Shown here in pieces: positions 49,908 to 61,600 of a DNA stretch of 64,000 nucleotides. Below the pieces are notes generated by a model. That model was given only the letters and a program-made list of their open reading frames with translations. It was not told the origin of the DNA and did no database searches. Within the stretch, counting starts at the first letter, position 1; each line of letters opens with the position of its first letter. The position numbers were made by a program, and so were the translations under genes. Source of the stretch: Lama glama (lineage: Eukaryota); contig CM052818.1 of the NCBI GenBank assembly GCA_028534125.1, positions 26,724,001-26,788,000 of the forward strand, given 5' to 3'.

Positions 49908-52900
49908 CCCCAAGTCCAGCCCACACGGTTCATTTGCACAACTAAACTATCATAAGTGTAAGAAATAAATATGAGAAATATGGATGCATAAACTATACTC
50001 ATTTAAAGCATGTCATCATTAGTCAAAATCACTCAGGTCTAGACATCTCTCTTACACTACATCAACTTTACTGGTATGTTCTTAACATCTGGGTTTATAC
50101 AATCTTTTAGTCTCTTCTATCTGCTGTATAGAAACTACCTCTGGCTTGAACCTCCATTCTATTAATATTATGTGTCTAATTTTCTCTCAAGCGTTTCTCA
50201 TAAGATCTCTTTTTGCACTCTTGCTTTTTATTTTGTCTGTTATTATTTTTGCTGTCATAGCCTATTTTTCTCAAAACTTTTCAGACCTCTACCCCCAGGT
50301 ATTACCTACTCTGTCAAGGTTTCCCTTTCCCCTCTAACCAGGACATACACAACCTTCAGCCATTCATTCCCATTTAAAGATTCATCCACAATAAATATGT
50401 CTCATTTTAAAAGCAACCCCAATGACTTCCAACAATTTGTTTAAATATAAATACAGATATTTAGATATATGTATATATATATATCACTTTAGGCACTACT
50501 CTATGCCTTGAGCTGCCAGGCTCTATTATGTTGTTTTGAAATACCAGAGCATCAGTGTTAAAGGTACCAGGATGACAAAACAAGATAGAAAGGTAATCAG
50601 AATGATTCAGATTGAAAAAAGAAAAGAAAAAAGCTTGCTAACAAAGACTGAAATTATTGCACAGAAACTCAATCACTTCCACTGGGGGATGTATATAACT
50701 AATTAATGGAGGTTGTTAATTGGGGTGGAAGTTTCCCAGTATCACACAAAACTTGACATCCTCACATTCATATCTTACACATCCTGGACTCCACTATAGA
50801 CTTCACAAACATGTTTTGAGGTAAGGATCATTTAGCCACAAGACTGAGGACAGGAAAAGCATAGATTCTGGTGGAGACTCATCAAGTTGATTTGAGCAAT
50901 GAATGGGGGTAGAAGACAGAGGATGCTGGGGCAAGTGGGAGAGACTCTGGTGGTAGGTTTCCAAAGGAACACTGATTTTCACAAGTGCCAAGTGGAGGCG
51001 CTCATTGATAGCAGGTGTACAGGCTGTGCTTCTACATAATTGGGGTAAGGGAGGTACCTGACCCCCAGCCTCAACCCCCAGAGGCAAATGCTCAAGCTCT
51101 GCAGTTCAGAAGTCCCATCCATCTTCCTCCAAGCCTGCAGCACCCCTCCCAAAGGGTCATTTGAGGGCTGTACATTCCCCTTGTGGTCCTGATTTGTTAA
51201 CTGTAGCAGAGTGATGCAAGTGGCCAGGAGGAAGTTCTCCTTGCTGCATCATGCCTGAGGCACAGAAGCTGGCTAAAGTCACAGTCTGCTGTGGTGGAAG
51301 GGCAGCAGGGGTCTCCACATTAACAAGCACCTAGGAAGTTTGCCGTCCATTCTCCCACAGTCACATCAGAGGAAGCCAATCCAGTGGGATTCTCAAGGTA
51401 AAATCTATTACCTGACATGAGGCAGCAGAGGTTAGTCTAGGTGACCCATTGCTGCCGGTTGCCAAAGGGCACCTACTAGACAAGATGGGCTCAGTATCTT
51501 GGTGATGGCCCAGGCTTCCCTTCTGATGGCCACAGGACACAGAGCAGTGGAGACCTGCGACCTCTGGGGGGCACTGTACCTGAAGCAGGGGCGGTGGGGG
51601 CAGGACCCTTGCTCTGCCGACTGCTGGGCTCTGGAGTGGAGTGGTTCTCCATCACCCTCAGTCTAGGAGACCAAAATGTTACCAGATAAACCATACTGGA
51701 TCCTGAATATTTCCAGCATCCATGAACTCATGGACTCCATCCCTGTCTTCCTGGTGTTCAGCTTCTGATGAGGAGAGCCAGTTTCTAGCAAACTCCCCAA
51801 ATACAAAGGTTACACCCCTCTCCCTACACATTGGATTCCAAGATAAATTTCAATCCTGAACTACACTGGGAAGTAGCACTTCTCTTGCTAGAGGAGAGGG
51901 AAAAAACACAACTTAATCCCACAGGGGTACCCCACTACACAGAAGGGAAGATGGCACAAGAAGGGAGAGTTTATACACCCCTAAAAACCAGCCTTGGCCA
52001 GTCAGCACCCAGGAGACCTCTGCCACCTAAGACCTGCTTTACTAGTCAGACTTCACTTCAATCACCTTAGACTTTTTTTTATTACCTATTTTCTCCCTCT
52101 CTTGCTTTTTGGTATAAGTTCATAGCCTAGAAAATAAATTAAAGGAAAAGAAAATAAGAGGGAACAATCTTTTTAATCTCAAGGAAAGGAGCTTTAAATA
52201 AGCCTCCCAGGCTGCTGCCACCAGAGGCAAGAGCAAAGCCAGGGCAGCACCATCTGAGGGGTCCACCAGCACTTACCCTGGGCCTGGGTAGATCCAGGAG
52301 CCCAAGGGAAAGCTGGGATTTCACAGAATGTGAGCCCCACCTGCACCCAAAGGCTCACCAGTGCACACGCATCATCCAATCTGGGTTATTTTGCAATCAT
52401 TCATGCTACCGTTGCCCCCCATCCTGCATGTGAGACAATTAAGAGAATTCAGAATTGTATGGTTGACAGGTTGCCCTGTATCTAGGGAGACTTACAAGAA
52501 TCAGAGTTCACATTACCAATTCCAGACAGTCCCCAAACCCTCCTAGAATTACAGGCATTAGTGTCAGAACAGGATCCAGCCACATAGTCTTTTTAAACAT
52601 TTTACTTACTAGGAAGCAAGCACAGGACAACAACACTGTTTGAATTAATGTCTTAAATTCTACCTTCCCCAGGCAAACAAAGACACTTTACAATACAAGG
52701 GACAATCCCCCTAAGCAGCTTGGCAGGGAGTCAGTCCAGCTTTACAACTTTTCTTTTTTGGGAGAGAGATTCTGAAATACACAACCATCCCACCTACAAT
52801 GAATATCGTCCTATTATTACGTAAGGTAACGAGACCTTCAAGGGGCAGTGCTGCATGGAAATAGAAAAACAGTAAGGCACTCAAATATTTTAATTTTACA

Positions 52901-53429
52901 AACATTTTTTAAAAAAATAAATAATCACAAATATAACAAAACCCAGATACTCATTCCTAACTAGGAACCCTCTGGTCAGTTCTTCCCCCTCAGCAAAATG
53001 GAGATGAAAATTTCCTCTCCCACAACCATCAAAGGCCTCAGTAAGATACTTTCTGTTGACAGGTAAAATTTCCTCAATTCCATGATGCAAATGTTTCCAT
53101 ATGTCTGCATTTCTGAAAGAGGAATGCATCACACAATAGATGGATACATTTAATATAGTGTTTGTCACCAAATACTATATTAAATAAAATGTTCTAGAAT
53201 CCAGGGACTTTGGTCATAAAAATTTGTCTCCTCAGAAGGTAGCATTTTTTTTTTTTCAGTGAAAATTTCCCCGGCCTTGTTTCTCACAGCAGATAAAGAA
53301 GCACCAAAAATGCAGTGGTCCTGATAACTAAACCCAGGGCCTATGAGAGAGAAATTTTTGTAATTATCTTTGTGCCAGGGGACTCAGCTGCACTGCTTGC
53401 ATTCCAATGCCAGCTCCTCAAAGGGCTGA

Positions 53430-55860
53430 CGCTATGTGGCTCCTGTAAAACTCCAGTTAACCCACCTGTAAAGTGGTAACAATAGTAACACCGAGGATGG
53501 CGGCGTCGGTGGAGTGACAGGGGTCCCTCCAGGCGGGAGCCGGCAGCAGTGGTGGCAGTGGTATCGCCGCCCTAACTCACCGCGCCTCTTTTCCAGCCCG
53601 CGATGTCACCGCGAAAACGAGGCAGCGGCGGCCGCCGAGAAAGAAGTGGCCTGGCCTGGTAACTGCCAGAACCCCCTCAACAATCTGCAGCCTGGCAAAA
53701 AGAAACCTGACAGAGGCGGCGATCATGTTCCCTTTGGCCGATCCTGGTCCCTGTAGCGCCAAGAAAGAGCCAACATTTTCCATTTCCGCCGTCCTCAGCA
53801 GCCTTGCTTGGTGGACGAGCTCTAGTGGCCTTCGTCCTCCCCTTAGAGGTGTCAGGGCTTAGCCCCAGCCTCCATCTTCGTCTCTCAGGATGGCGAGCAG
53901 CAGCGGCCCCAAGGCCGAATTCATTGTCGGAGGGAAATATAAACTGGTATGGAAGATCGGGTCTGGCTCCTTCGGGGACATTTACCTGGCGATCAACATC
54001 ACCAATGGCGAGGAAGTGGCAGTGAAGCTAGAATCTCAGAAGGCCAGGCAACCCCAGTTGCTGTAGGAGAGCAAACTCTACAAGATTCTTCAAGGTGGGA
54101 TCGGCATCCCCCACATACGGTGGTATGGTCAGGAAAAAGACTACAATGTGCTAGTCATGGATCTTCTTGGACCCAGCCTCAAAGACCTCTTCAATTTCTG
54201 TTCAAGAAGGTTCACAATGAAAACTGTACTTATGTTAGCTGACCAGATGATCAGAAGAATTGAATATGTGCATACAAAGAATTTTATACAAGGAGACATT
54301 AAACCAGATAACTTCCTAATGGGTACTGGGCGTCACTGTAATAAGTTATTCCTTACTGATTTTGGTTTGGCCAAAAAGTACAGAGACAACAGGACTAGGC
54401 AACACATACCTTACAGAGAAGATAAAAATCTCACTGGCACTGCTCCATATGCTAGCATCAATGCACATCTTGGTACTGAACAGAATTGCTGAGATGAAAT
54501 GGAGTCATTAGGATATGTTTTGATGTATTTTAATAGAACCAGCCTGCCATGGCAAGGACTAAAGGCTGCAACAAAGAAGCAAAAATATGAAAAAATTAGC
54601 GAAAAGAAGATGTCCACATCTGTTGAAGTTTTATGTAAGGGGTTTCCTGCAGAATTTGCCAAGTACTTAAACTACTGTCGTGGGCTGCGCTTTGAAGAAG
54701 CCCCAGATTACATGTACCTGAGGCAGCTATTCCGCATTCTTTTCAGGACCCTGAACCACCAATATGAATACACATTTGACTGGACAATGTGAAAGCAGAA
54801 AGCAGCACAGCAGGCAGCCTCTTCAAGTGGGCAGGGCCAGCCCGCCCAAACCCCCACAGGTTTCTAAGCATGAATCGAGGAACAGAAGGAGCAGAGCAGA
54901 TGATCGGAGCAGCGTTTGTTTCTCCCCAAATCTAGAAATTTTAGTTCATATGTACACTAGCCAGTGGTTGTGGACAACCATTTACTTGGTGTAAAGAACT
55001 TAATTTCAGTATAAACTGGCTCTGGGCAGCATTGGTGATGCTGTGTCCCGAGTTGTAGCCGCTGTAATTGTGAATATTAACTGAGATAGTGAAACATGGT
55101 GTCCAGTTTACTATTGCATTTTTTCAAGTGGAAAAGTAAACTAAATGGTTGACACACAAATTGGTGGAGAAATTGTGCATATGCCAATTTTTTGTTAAAA
55201 TCTTTTGTTTTGAACTGTACTGCTTTGAGATCTCCTTTCAGAAGAACGGCATGAACAGTCTTCAGCCACAGTTGTGATGGTTGTAAATGCTCACAATTGT
55301 GCGTTCTTAGGGTTTATCCATCCTGGGGTTTGCAAGTTGTTCACTTAAAACATTCTTAAAATGGTTGGCTTCTTGTCTGCAAGCCAGCTGATATGGTAGC
55401 AACCAAAGATTACAGTGTTTGAGCATATGAAAGACTGCCTGCTTACCTGTGCTAGAAATAACAGCATCTAAAGTGAAGACTTAAGAAAAACTTAGTGACT
55501 ACTAGATTATCCTTAGGACTCTGCATTAACTCTATAATGTTCTTGGTATTAAAAAAAAAAGCATATTTGTCACAGAAATTTAGTTAACATCTTACAACTG
55601 AACATGTATGTATGTTGCTTAGATAAATATAATCACCGTAAACATCTATATGATCTGGGATTTTGTTTTTATTTTGAAATGGGAGCTTTCTTGTTTATAA
55701 GTTCATTAAAAACTAAAAACTGTTTCTGTAAAAAAAAATAGTAACACCGATTTCATAGGGCTTTTATGAAGTTACATTAAATCATCCACGTAATGTTACC
55801 AACTTGGCAGGATGTCTGCTACAAACAAGTGATCCACAACCTTGGCTACTATTTTAACTG
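53430..55860 (+). mobile_element. MIR split by the CSNK1A1 retrocopy (arms at about 53430-53494 and 55751-55860)
   Basis: ccagttaacccacctgtaaagtggtaacaatagtaacac | tttcatagggcttttatgaag...ttaaat joins into a continuous MIR core. Confidence 0.7.
53495..55736 (+). pseudogene. CSNK1A1: Processed pseudogene of casein kinase I alpha (CSNK1A1), near full-length mRNA copy
   Basis: Intronless. GC-rich 5' UTR from about 53495; ATG 53890 ([20 protein letters not shown]...); premature stops at 54064, 54490 and 54790; native TAA 54865-54867. 3' UTR with ATTAAA 55705, short A tail. TSD AATAGTAACACCGA at 53481-53494 and 55737-55750. Confidence 0.96.
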
Positions 55861-56109
55861 ATACATGAATGGCTGTAGCAGCTAGGTAACCATGCACAGT
55901 TAGGAGTTAACTTCTTCACTGTTAGCATTAGTTTAGAGAGAAAGGTAAACATAGGTTTTTAAAAAACTGTGCTCATAGGGCTGGTGGGAAAAAAATGGAG
56001 GAAGAATAAGGAGAATGACGTGGAGAAGAGAATGGGAGAAAGAAGGAAAAAGCTCATAGATGTTTATGGAAACTCAACGTAAGAAGAGGCCAAAGAGAGT
56101 ACATTTTGA

Positions 56110-56570
56110 CTCAGAAAGTGCACTAGATAGGATATAGGCAAAACTGCTGCAACAAAGGGACTGCAAAAATCCAGAGGCTGCAACAAGATAGACAATTGGA
56201 GGCTTTCACACAGAGTTCAGGAGGTTTGGTATATGTGGGGTGGGTGACAGGAGGGCAACTCTTTCACCACATCATCAAGTGAGCCAGGTTTCCTCCATCT
56301 TGTTGGTCTACCATCCCCTGAAGTACTGCTTTTTGGTCTGGCTGGCCAGCATCATGTCTGTCCTCCAAGTGTGGGAAAGGGGATAGAGGAAAATTAGAGA
56401 ACAATCAACTTCCTGCGTTGTGTCATGACGATGATTTTGCACATGCTACTTCTGCTTACCTCCCACTAGCCCCAGGGCCACATGAAGCTGCAAAGAAGGC
56501 AGGGATCGTAGCCCAATTTACTCAAAGGGAAAAGAAGAGAGTGGCTGCTGGGGAAAGACTGTCACAGAGA
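56110..56570. mobile_element. MLT1-like (MaLR) LTR relic
   Basis: gagccaggtttcctccatcttgttgg...cttctgcttacctcccactagcc...ggccacat...gctgcaaagaaggcaggga. Confidence 0.55.
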
Positions 56571-56794
56571 GTGAGCATCTCACTCCAGAGACCTTAAATC
56601 AGCAGGGCAGGAACTCAGAGGACAGGAGACACCACTGCATTGTGTTTTCCCCATGACAAAGCATCTCCTTTCTAGGAACCATACAACCCTATCGTAAAAT
56701 AGGGTCAGGAAGGGCAGCTATCATTATTCTCATTTTACGTATACCTTTGAAGGTATATTATGAGCTCAAAATAACACAAATACATCCACCACAT

Positions 56795-57580
56795 TATACA
56801 TCACCAAAAAGACCAAAAAGTCTACAAATAATACATACTGGAGAGGGGGTGGAGAAAAGGGAACCCTCCTGTACTGTTGGTGGGAATGTTAATTGGTGAA
56901 ACCACCACGGAGAAAAGTATGAAGTTTCCCTAAAAAACTGAAAAAAGAGTTACCATATGATCCAGCAGTCCCCCTAATGGGCACATATCCAGAAAAGATA
57001 AAAACTCTAACTCGAAACGATTCATGCATCCTAATGTTCATAGCAGCACTATTTACAATAGCCAAGACATGGAAGCAACCTTAATGGCCATCAATAGATG
57101 ACTGGATAAAGAAGTTGTGGTATACACAATGGAATATTACTCAGCCATAAAAATGAATGAAATAATGCCATTTGCAGCAACATGGATAGGCCTAGAGATT
57201 ATCATACTAAGTGAAGTAAGTCAGATACACAAAGGCAAATACCATATATGTGGAATCTAAAATATGATACAAATAAATTTATTTACAAAACAGAAAGAGA
57301 CTCACAGATATAAAAAACAAACTTATGGTTACCAAAGGGGAAAGGCGGGGGGAGGGATAAATTAAGAGTTTTGGATTAACATAAAATAAATAAACAACAT
57401 GGACCTACTGTACAGCACAGGGAACTATATTCAATACCTTGTAGTAACCTTTAATGGAAAAGAATATGAAAAAGATTGTATATACATATATGTACACACA
57501 CATACATACATATATATATCTGAATCACTTTGCTGTACACCTGAAACTAACACAAATCAACTATACTTCAATTAAAAAAA
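56795..57580 (+). mobile_element. LINE-1 3' end (laurasiatherian type) inserted in a MIR
   Basis: ggagaaaagggaaccctcc...gttcatagcagcactatttacaatagccaagacatggaagcaacc...gctgtacacctgaaactaacac...A tail. MIR-like flanks. Confidence 0.9.
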
Positions 57581-57750
57581 CCATACAACTAGTAAGTGGT
57601 AGAGCTGAGATTTAAACTCAGGTCCGCAGACTTCTAAGTCTACTGAGGCAGTAAATGACAGTTATGAGCCTGGTGCCTAGGACTGCTTCCACATCCCGGG
57701 TTCTTTTCCACGTCACTAAATCACCTCGCAATTCCATTGCTTCCTTGTCA

Positions 57751-58225
57751 TGGAAGGGGACCAGGTTTTGACACCCTAATGCTACTTTGGCACGAGGATT
57801 ATTTTGAGCTAAAGGCAATATAAAAAATCCAGCAGATTCAGGGAAAGCTTTTTACTTCCCCCTTCAATTGCCTAAATTCTGATTGGAAAGAAGGGTTTTA
57901 CCAGGAAGAGACCTATTACCAGAGATACACTTTTACTTAAAAAACTTATCTGCATAACACAGCAACCCTAGTTTTCCAAACATCTCCTCTACCTACCTGT
58001 GAGTGGCTTTCCCTTCCTTTACATCCCCAAGACCCTACCCCTTTCCTAAACTCAGGATGTTATATAAACTTCAATTACCTGGTGGCCTTTGAGTCTGCAT
58101 ATTATAATGGAGTCCCCGTTAAGTATATAATTTTGTTTTTCCCCCTGTTGATCATATATTAATTTAATTATTAGACTAGCCAAAGAATCTAGAAAGGAAG
58201 AAGGGACAATTTTTCCACCCCTACA
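57751..58225 (+). mobile_element. MER34/MER39-like ERV1 solo LTR
   Basis: tggaagggga...ctactttggcacgaggattattttgagctaaaggcaat...tatataa (58061)...ttttccacccctaca; TG...CA termini. Confidence 0.75.
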
Positions 58226-58670
58226 TCACACTTTGGATGTATGTGCAAAACCATCAACCAAGGAGAGAGATTTCATCAGTAAATTGTTTTTAGCTAATAG
58301 GAAAATTATATACCTGATTCAATTAAATACATATGTGTTAGATATTTAAGATCTATTATCATCAAAAAAAAAAAAAGATTATCGTCTATTAAGAGATTCT
58401 ACTCTGACCTTCCTTGGGAGGATTGCCTGTGATGGTAATATAATCCAGCCCTTGGGGTAGCCTTCCCTGATCCTCAGCCTGTTCTGCACCTGTGGTGTGC
58501 CTTTTCTCAGAGGTAGGTATGCAAAAAGCTGGAGATGGGGGTGGATGAGAATTAAGTTATTTCTTTCTCATGTGAATGGGAGGAGCACTTTATTCCACTT
58601 TCTGAGAAACTCCATTAAAAGCCACCATTGCCCCTGGGCCACAGAGCAGGTTCATTAGCAGGGAGTCAGC

Positions 58671-61600
58671 ATGGCTGCTAACTCCAAATTTATTGACTAC
58701 ATTGATGAAGCTTTGGAAAAATCCAAAGAAACGGCACTATCTCATTTGTTTTTCACCTATCAGGGGATTCCTTACCCGATTACCATGTGCACCTCAGAGA
58801 CTTTTCAAGCCTTGGACGCCTTTGAAGCCAGAAGCAATGACATAGTGCTAGCATCTTATCCGAAGTGTGGTAAATAACAAATTCTTTACTACAAGGGCCC
58901 TTTTTCATAGTGAGTAGGTGGGGCAGGTGCAAGGCGAAGGTGGGAGGAGGGCAGTTCACCTCTGCACAAAGCCAGCCAGAAATCCGTGAGGATGGCCAAG
59001 ATGGGTCAGAACAGAGCTTGTAAAATCAGTAACTAGAACTGCCAGATCGAGAAATGCCAGTGTCTGAGGGAGGAGGTCCGTGTGAAAAGAACATGATAGC
59101 TGATGGGTGTAGAAGTTGATGCATGGTGGGGCTAGCAAACAAAAGTAGGATGTAGGAAAGTCCAGCTGCCACAGAGCATTGAGAGTAGTCAAGATTTTAA
59201 TCTTGATTTTTGACCAAAGACAAGCACGGCCACATCTATCCACTTCTATGATTTCCATGTAATAGATTATTTTTTAGGATCAAATACCAATTCTCAAGTT
59301 TCCCAGTCCAGTTTTACAACGTCCTTCATCAGTGGAGAATAAGACATTAGGAATCTAAATTACTCTATTTTACACAATCTACTTTTGATATTTCAGAACT
59401 GTTATTTCATCTCTATTAATGCCAACTCTATTTCATATTTTTCTTTTTCTTAATCGATGCTGGATTTTTATAAAATCAAAATTATATACTCCTATAGAAA
59501 ATGCTTATTAATTTAAGGTAAAATAACACATGGTATATAATAAACGATCACGTCTATAGCATAATATTGTTCTATTAGGAAGATATTCTAGATTCAAAAA
59601 GAAGCACTGCCTCTTGTTAAAGGAGAAATTTGAGAAAAGAGGTAAATTTGATTTTTATACTAACGTTAAGTAAAAGCTATTTTCCATAAAGCTCTGCTTT
59701 TTTCCACAGCCCAAGTTATTCTGAATGCAGAAGAACCAACTGTACACATCAGGGAATAGTTGTAGATTTTCATCTTCATGACATTTATGCCAAAGTAGCA
59801 TGCCTTTGTTATACCAAAACTCCTTAATGACCTTTGATTCTCTGATTTTTCATATAGGTTCCAATTGGATTCTCCACATTATTAGTGAATTAATATTTGC
59901 TGATCCTAAAAAAAAGTATGACTATCCAGAGTTCCCAGTTCTTGAATGTGGGGACCCAGAAAAATATCAGGTTGGTACAAAACAGCCTTTAAATTTACAG
60001 TAAATGCTCATAGAAAGGTTTCTTCCCTCTGGACAATTTTTTTAGTTTTGAGTTCGGAAAATACAACACAGATACATATGCAATTTATTGTGTGCTTACC
60101 ATGTAATCCTAGCACTTTTCAAGAATTACCTCCTTTTACTGCAAAATAATATTATCACCATTTTACAAATAATTAAATTATAAGAGTGTGTGTGAAGGTT
60201 ATAACAGGTCATCCATCCTACCTGTTATTACTTGCCTTACCACATGTTAAAACTCACCTTATCAATATAACTAACTGGGGCTTGGATGTCACCCAGGATG
60301 CTGGGCTCCACGACAGGGAAGGCAAGGACAGGGTGAGAGGAAGGATCTGCCTCAGGACTTCAGTGCTTGGACAGAACAGGCAAGAGGAGGACCACTCCCT
60401 CCACACCTAGACACACCAGAAATGCATCTGGGACTGTATCCAAGGGGGAACCACAGTCTCCATGAAACTTTCAGACTTGTTCACCACCAAGACTGCCAAC
60501 AGGCAGACAGAAGAACTCAGTTTCTAAAAAAGTCACTTAGGGAGTTAGGAAACAGCATCTGAAAAGAGACTGAGACACTTGGCATGATGACAAATACAAA
60601 CTTAAAAGTTGGATCCTAGTAGAAGAAAACTCATTTCCATGGATTGGGACAAAGCAACAGAAAAATGCATTGTAAATGAGGTGTTCAAGGACTTGGGAGT
60701 GGGGTAGGGAGTTAAGTGCTGACCCCTGGCTCTGGTTGGCTGCAACCTCAGAAGGCATCAGAGCATCAGAGAACAGCCACATTAGGGCCTGGAGGTCATA
60801 AATACAGCAGAGGTAGGCTCGGCCAGGACCGGCTCAGGACGAGTGCACAAGAGTTTAAAGAGGCTTTTACCTAGGTAAGAAATGGACAGGCTAATGAACA
60901 GCCTCATTGATTTCTGCTATCCAGGCCACTGGATAACTTTTTCTCTAAAGAGTGTTTAGCATCACCTTTAAAGATAATGCTAACATTTATCTAGCTTTCC
61001 AATTTCTCTTTTAAAAATGTGTTACCCTGTGGGTCACAGGTGATCTTACCTGTTGTTACTCACCCTACCAAGATAACCACTATTATTTTATTTGCCTGTG
61101 TTGTCACCCATCAGAGATAAACAGGTTTCCCTTAAGATTGGAACAGGGTTTGGTATGCTGGCTTATACATTTTTATGTTGTTTATATGATTGTTTCTCCA
61201 TTTTGATTTCCAAACAAAGCTTTATAATACAAACCATTTGTAAGGAGGGAACTTCCTGGGTTATTGCTTACTGACACTGGGAAGAATTTTTATTCCTGAC
61301 CAAGATTTTGACATGCCAAGACCTGACTCTGAGCTTGAGCACCCAGTACTCTTGGAACCTCTCCTTCACCTCATGGAAACTTGGTACTCCTGCTCCTTGG
61401 CCAGGTTTCTTTCTGTTTCACCAAGTACTTCAGTGTGAAGGTAAAACAAAGCCCTGCTTCTGTCTTCGGGTGCTCGCATTCTAAATCTTAGCTCTAATTA
61501 TTAAACAAAAAGTTGTGCTTTCCAGCCTTGGTAAGAAGATCCAGATGATTTTTAAAGCCAAAGAATTCTTCTAGAAGCATCTAAATTAGCATTAAAATGT

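Noticed and set aside
54148..54792. ORFs of 114 and 97 aa with kinase motifs as functional CK1 genes
   Set aside because: They are fragments between premature stops of a processed pseudogene, and the HRD motif is mutated to QGD.
56677..57589. AACCATACAAC direct repeat as TSD of the L1 at 56795-57580
   Set aside because: The two copies correspond to different, similar parts of the interrupted MIR, and would enclose MIR sequence within the insertion; likely coincidental.
59821..59857. TCCTTAAT near the SULT6B1 exon 2 acceptor resembling a U12 branch point
   Set aside because: The matching donor is GTAAAT, not GTATCCTT, and the spacing is long; a U2-type intron.
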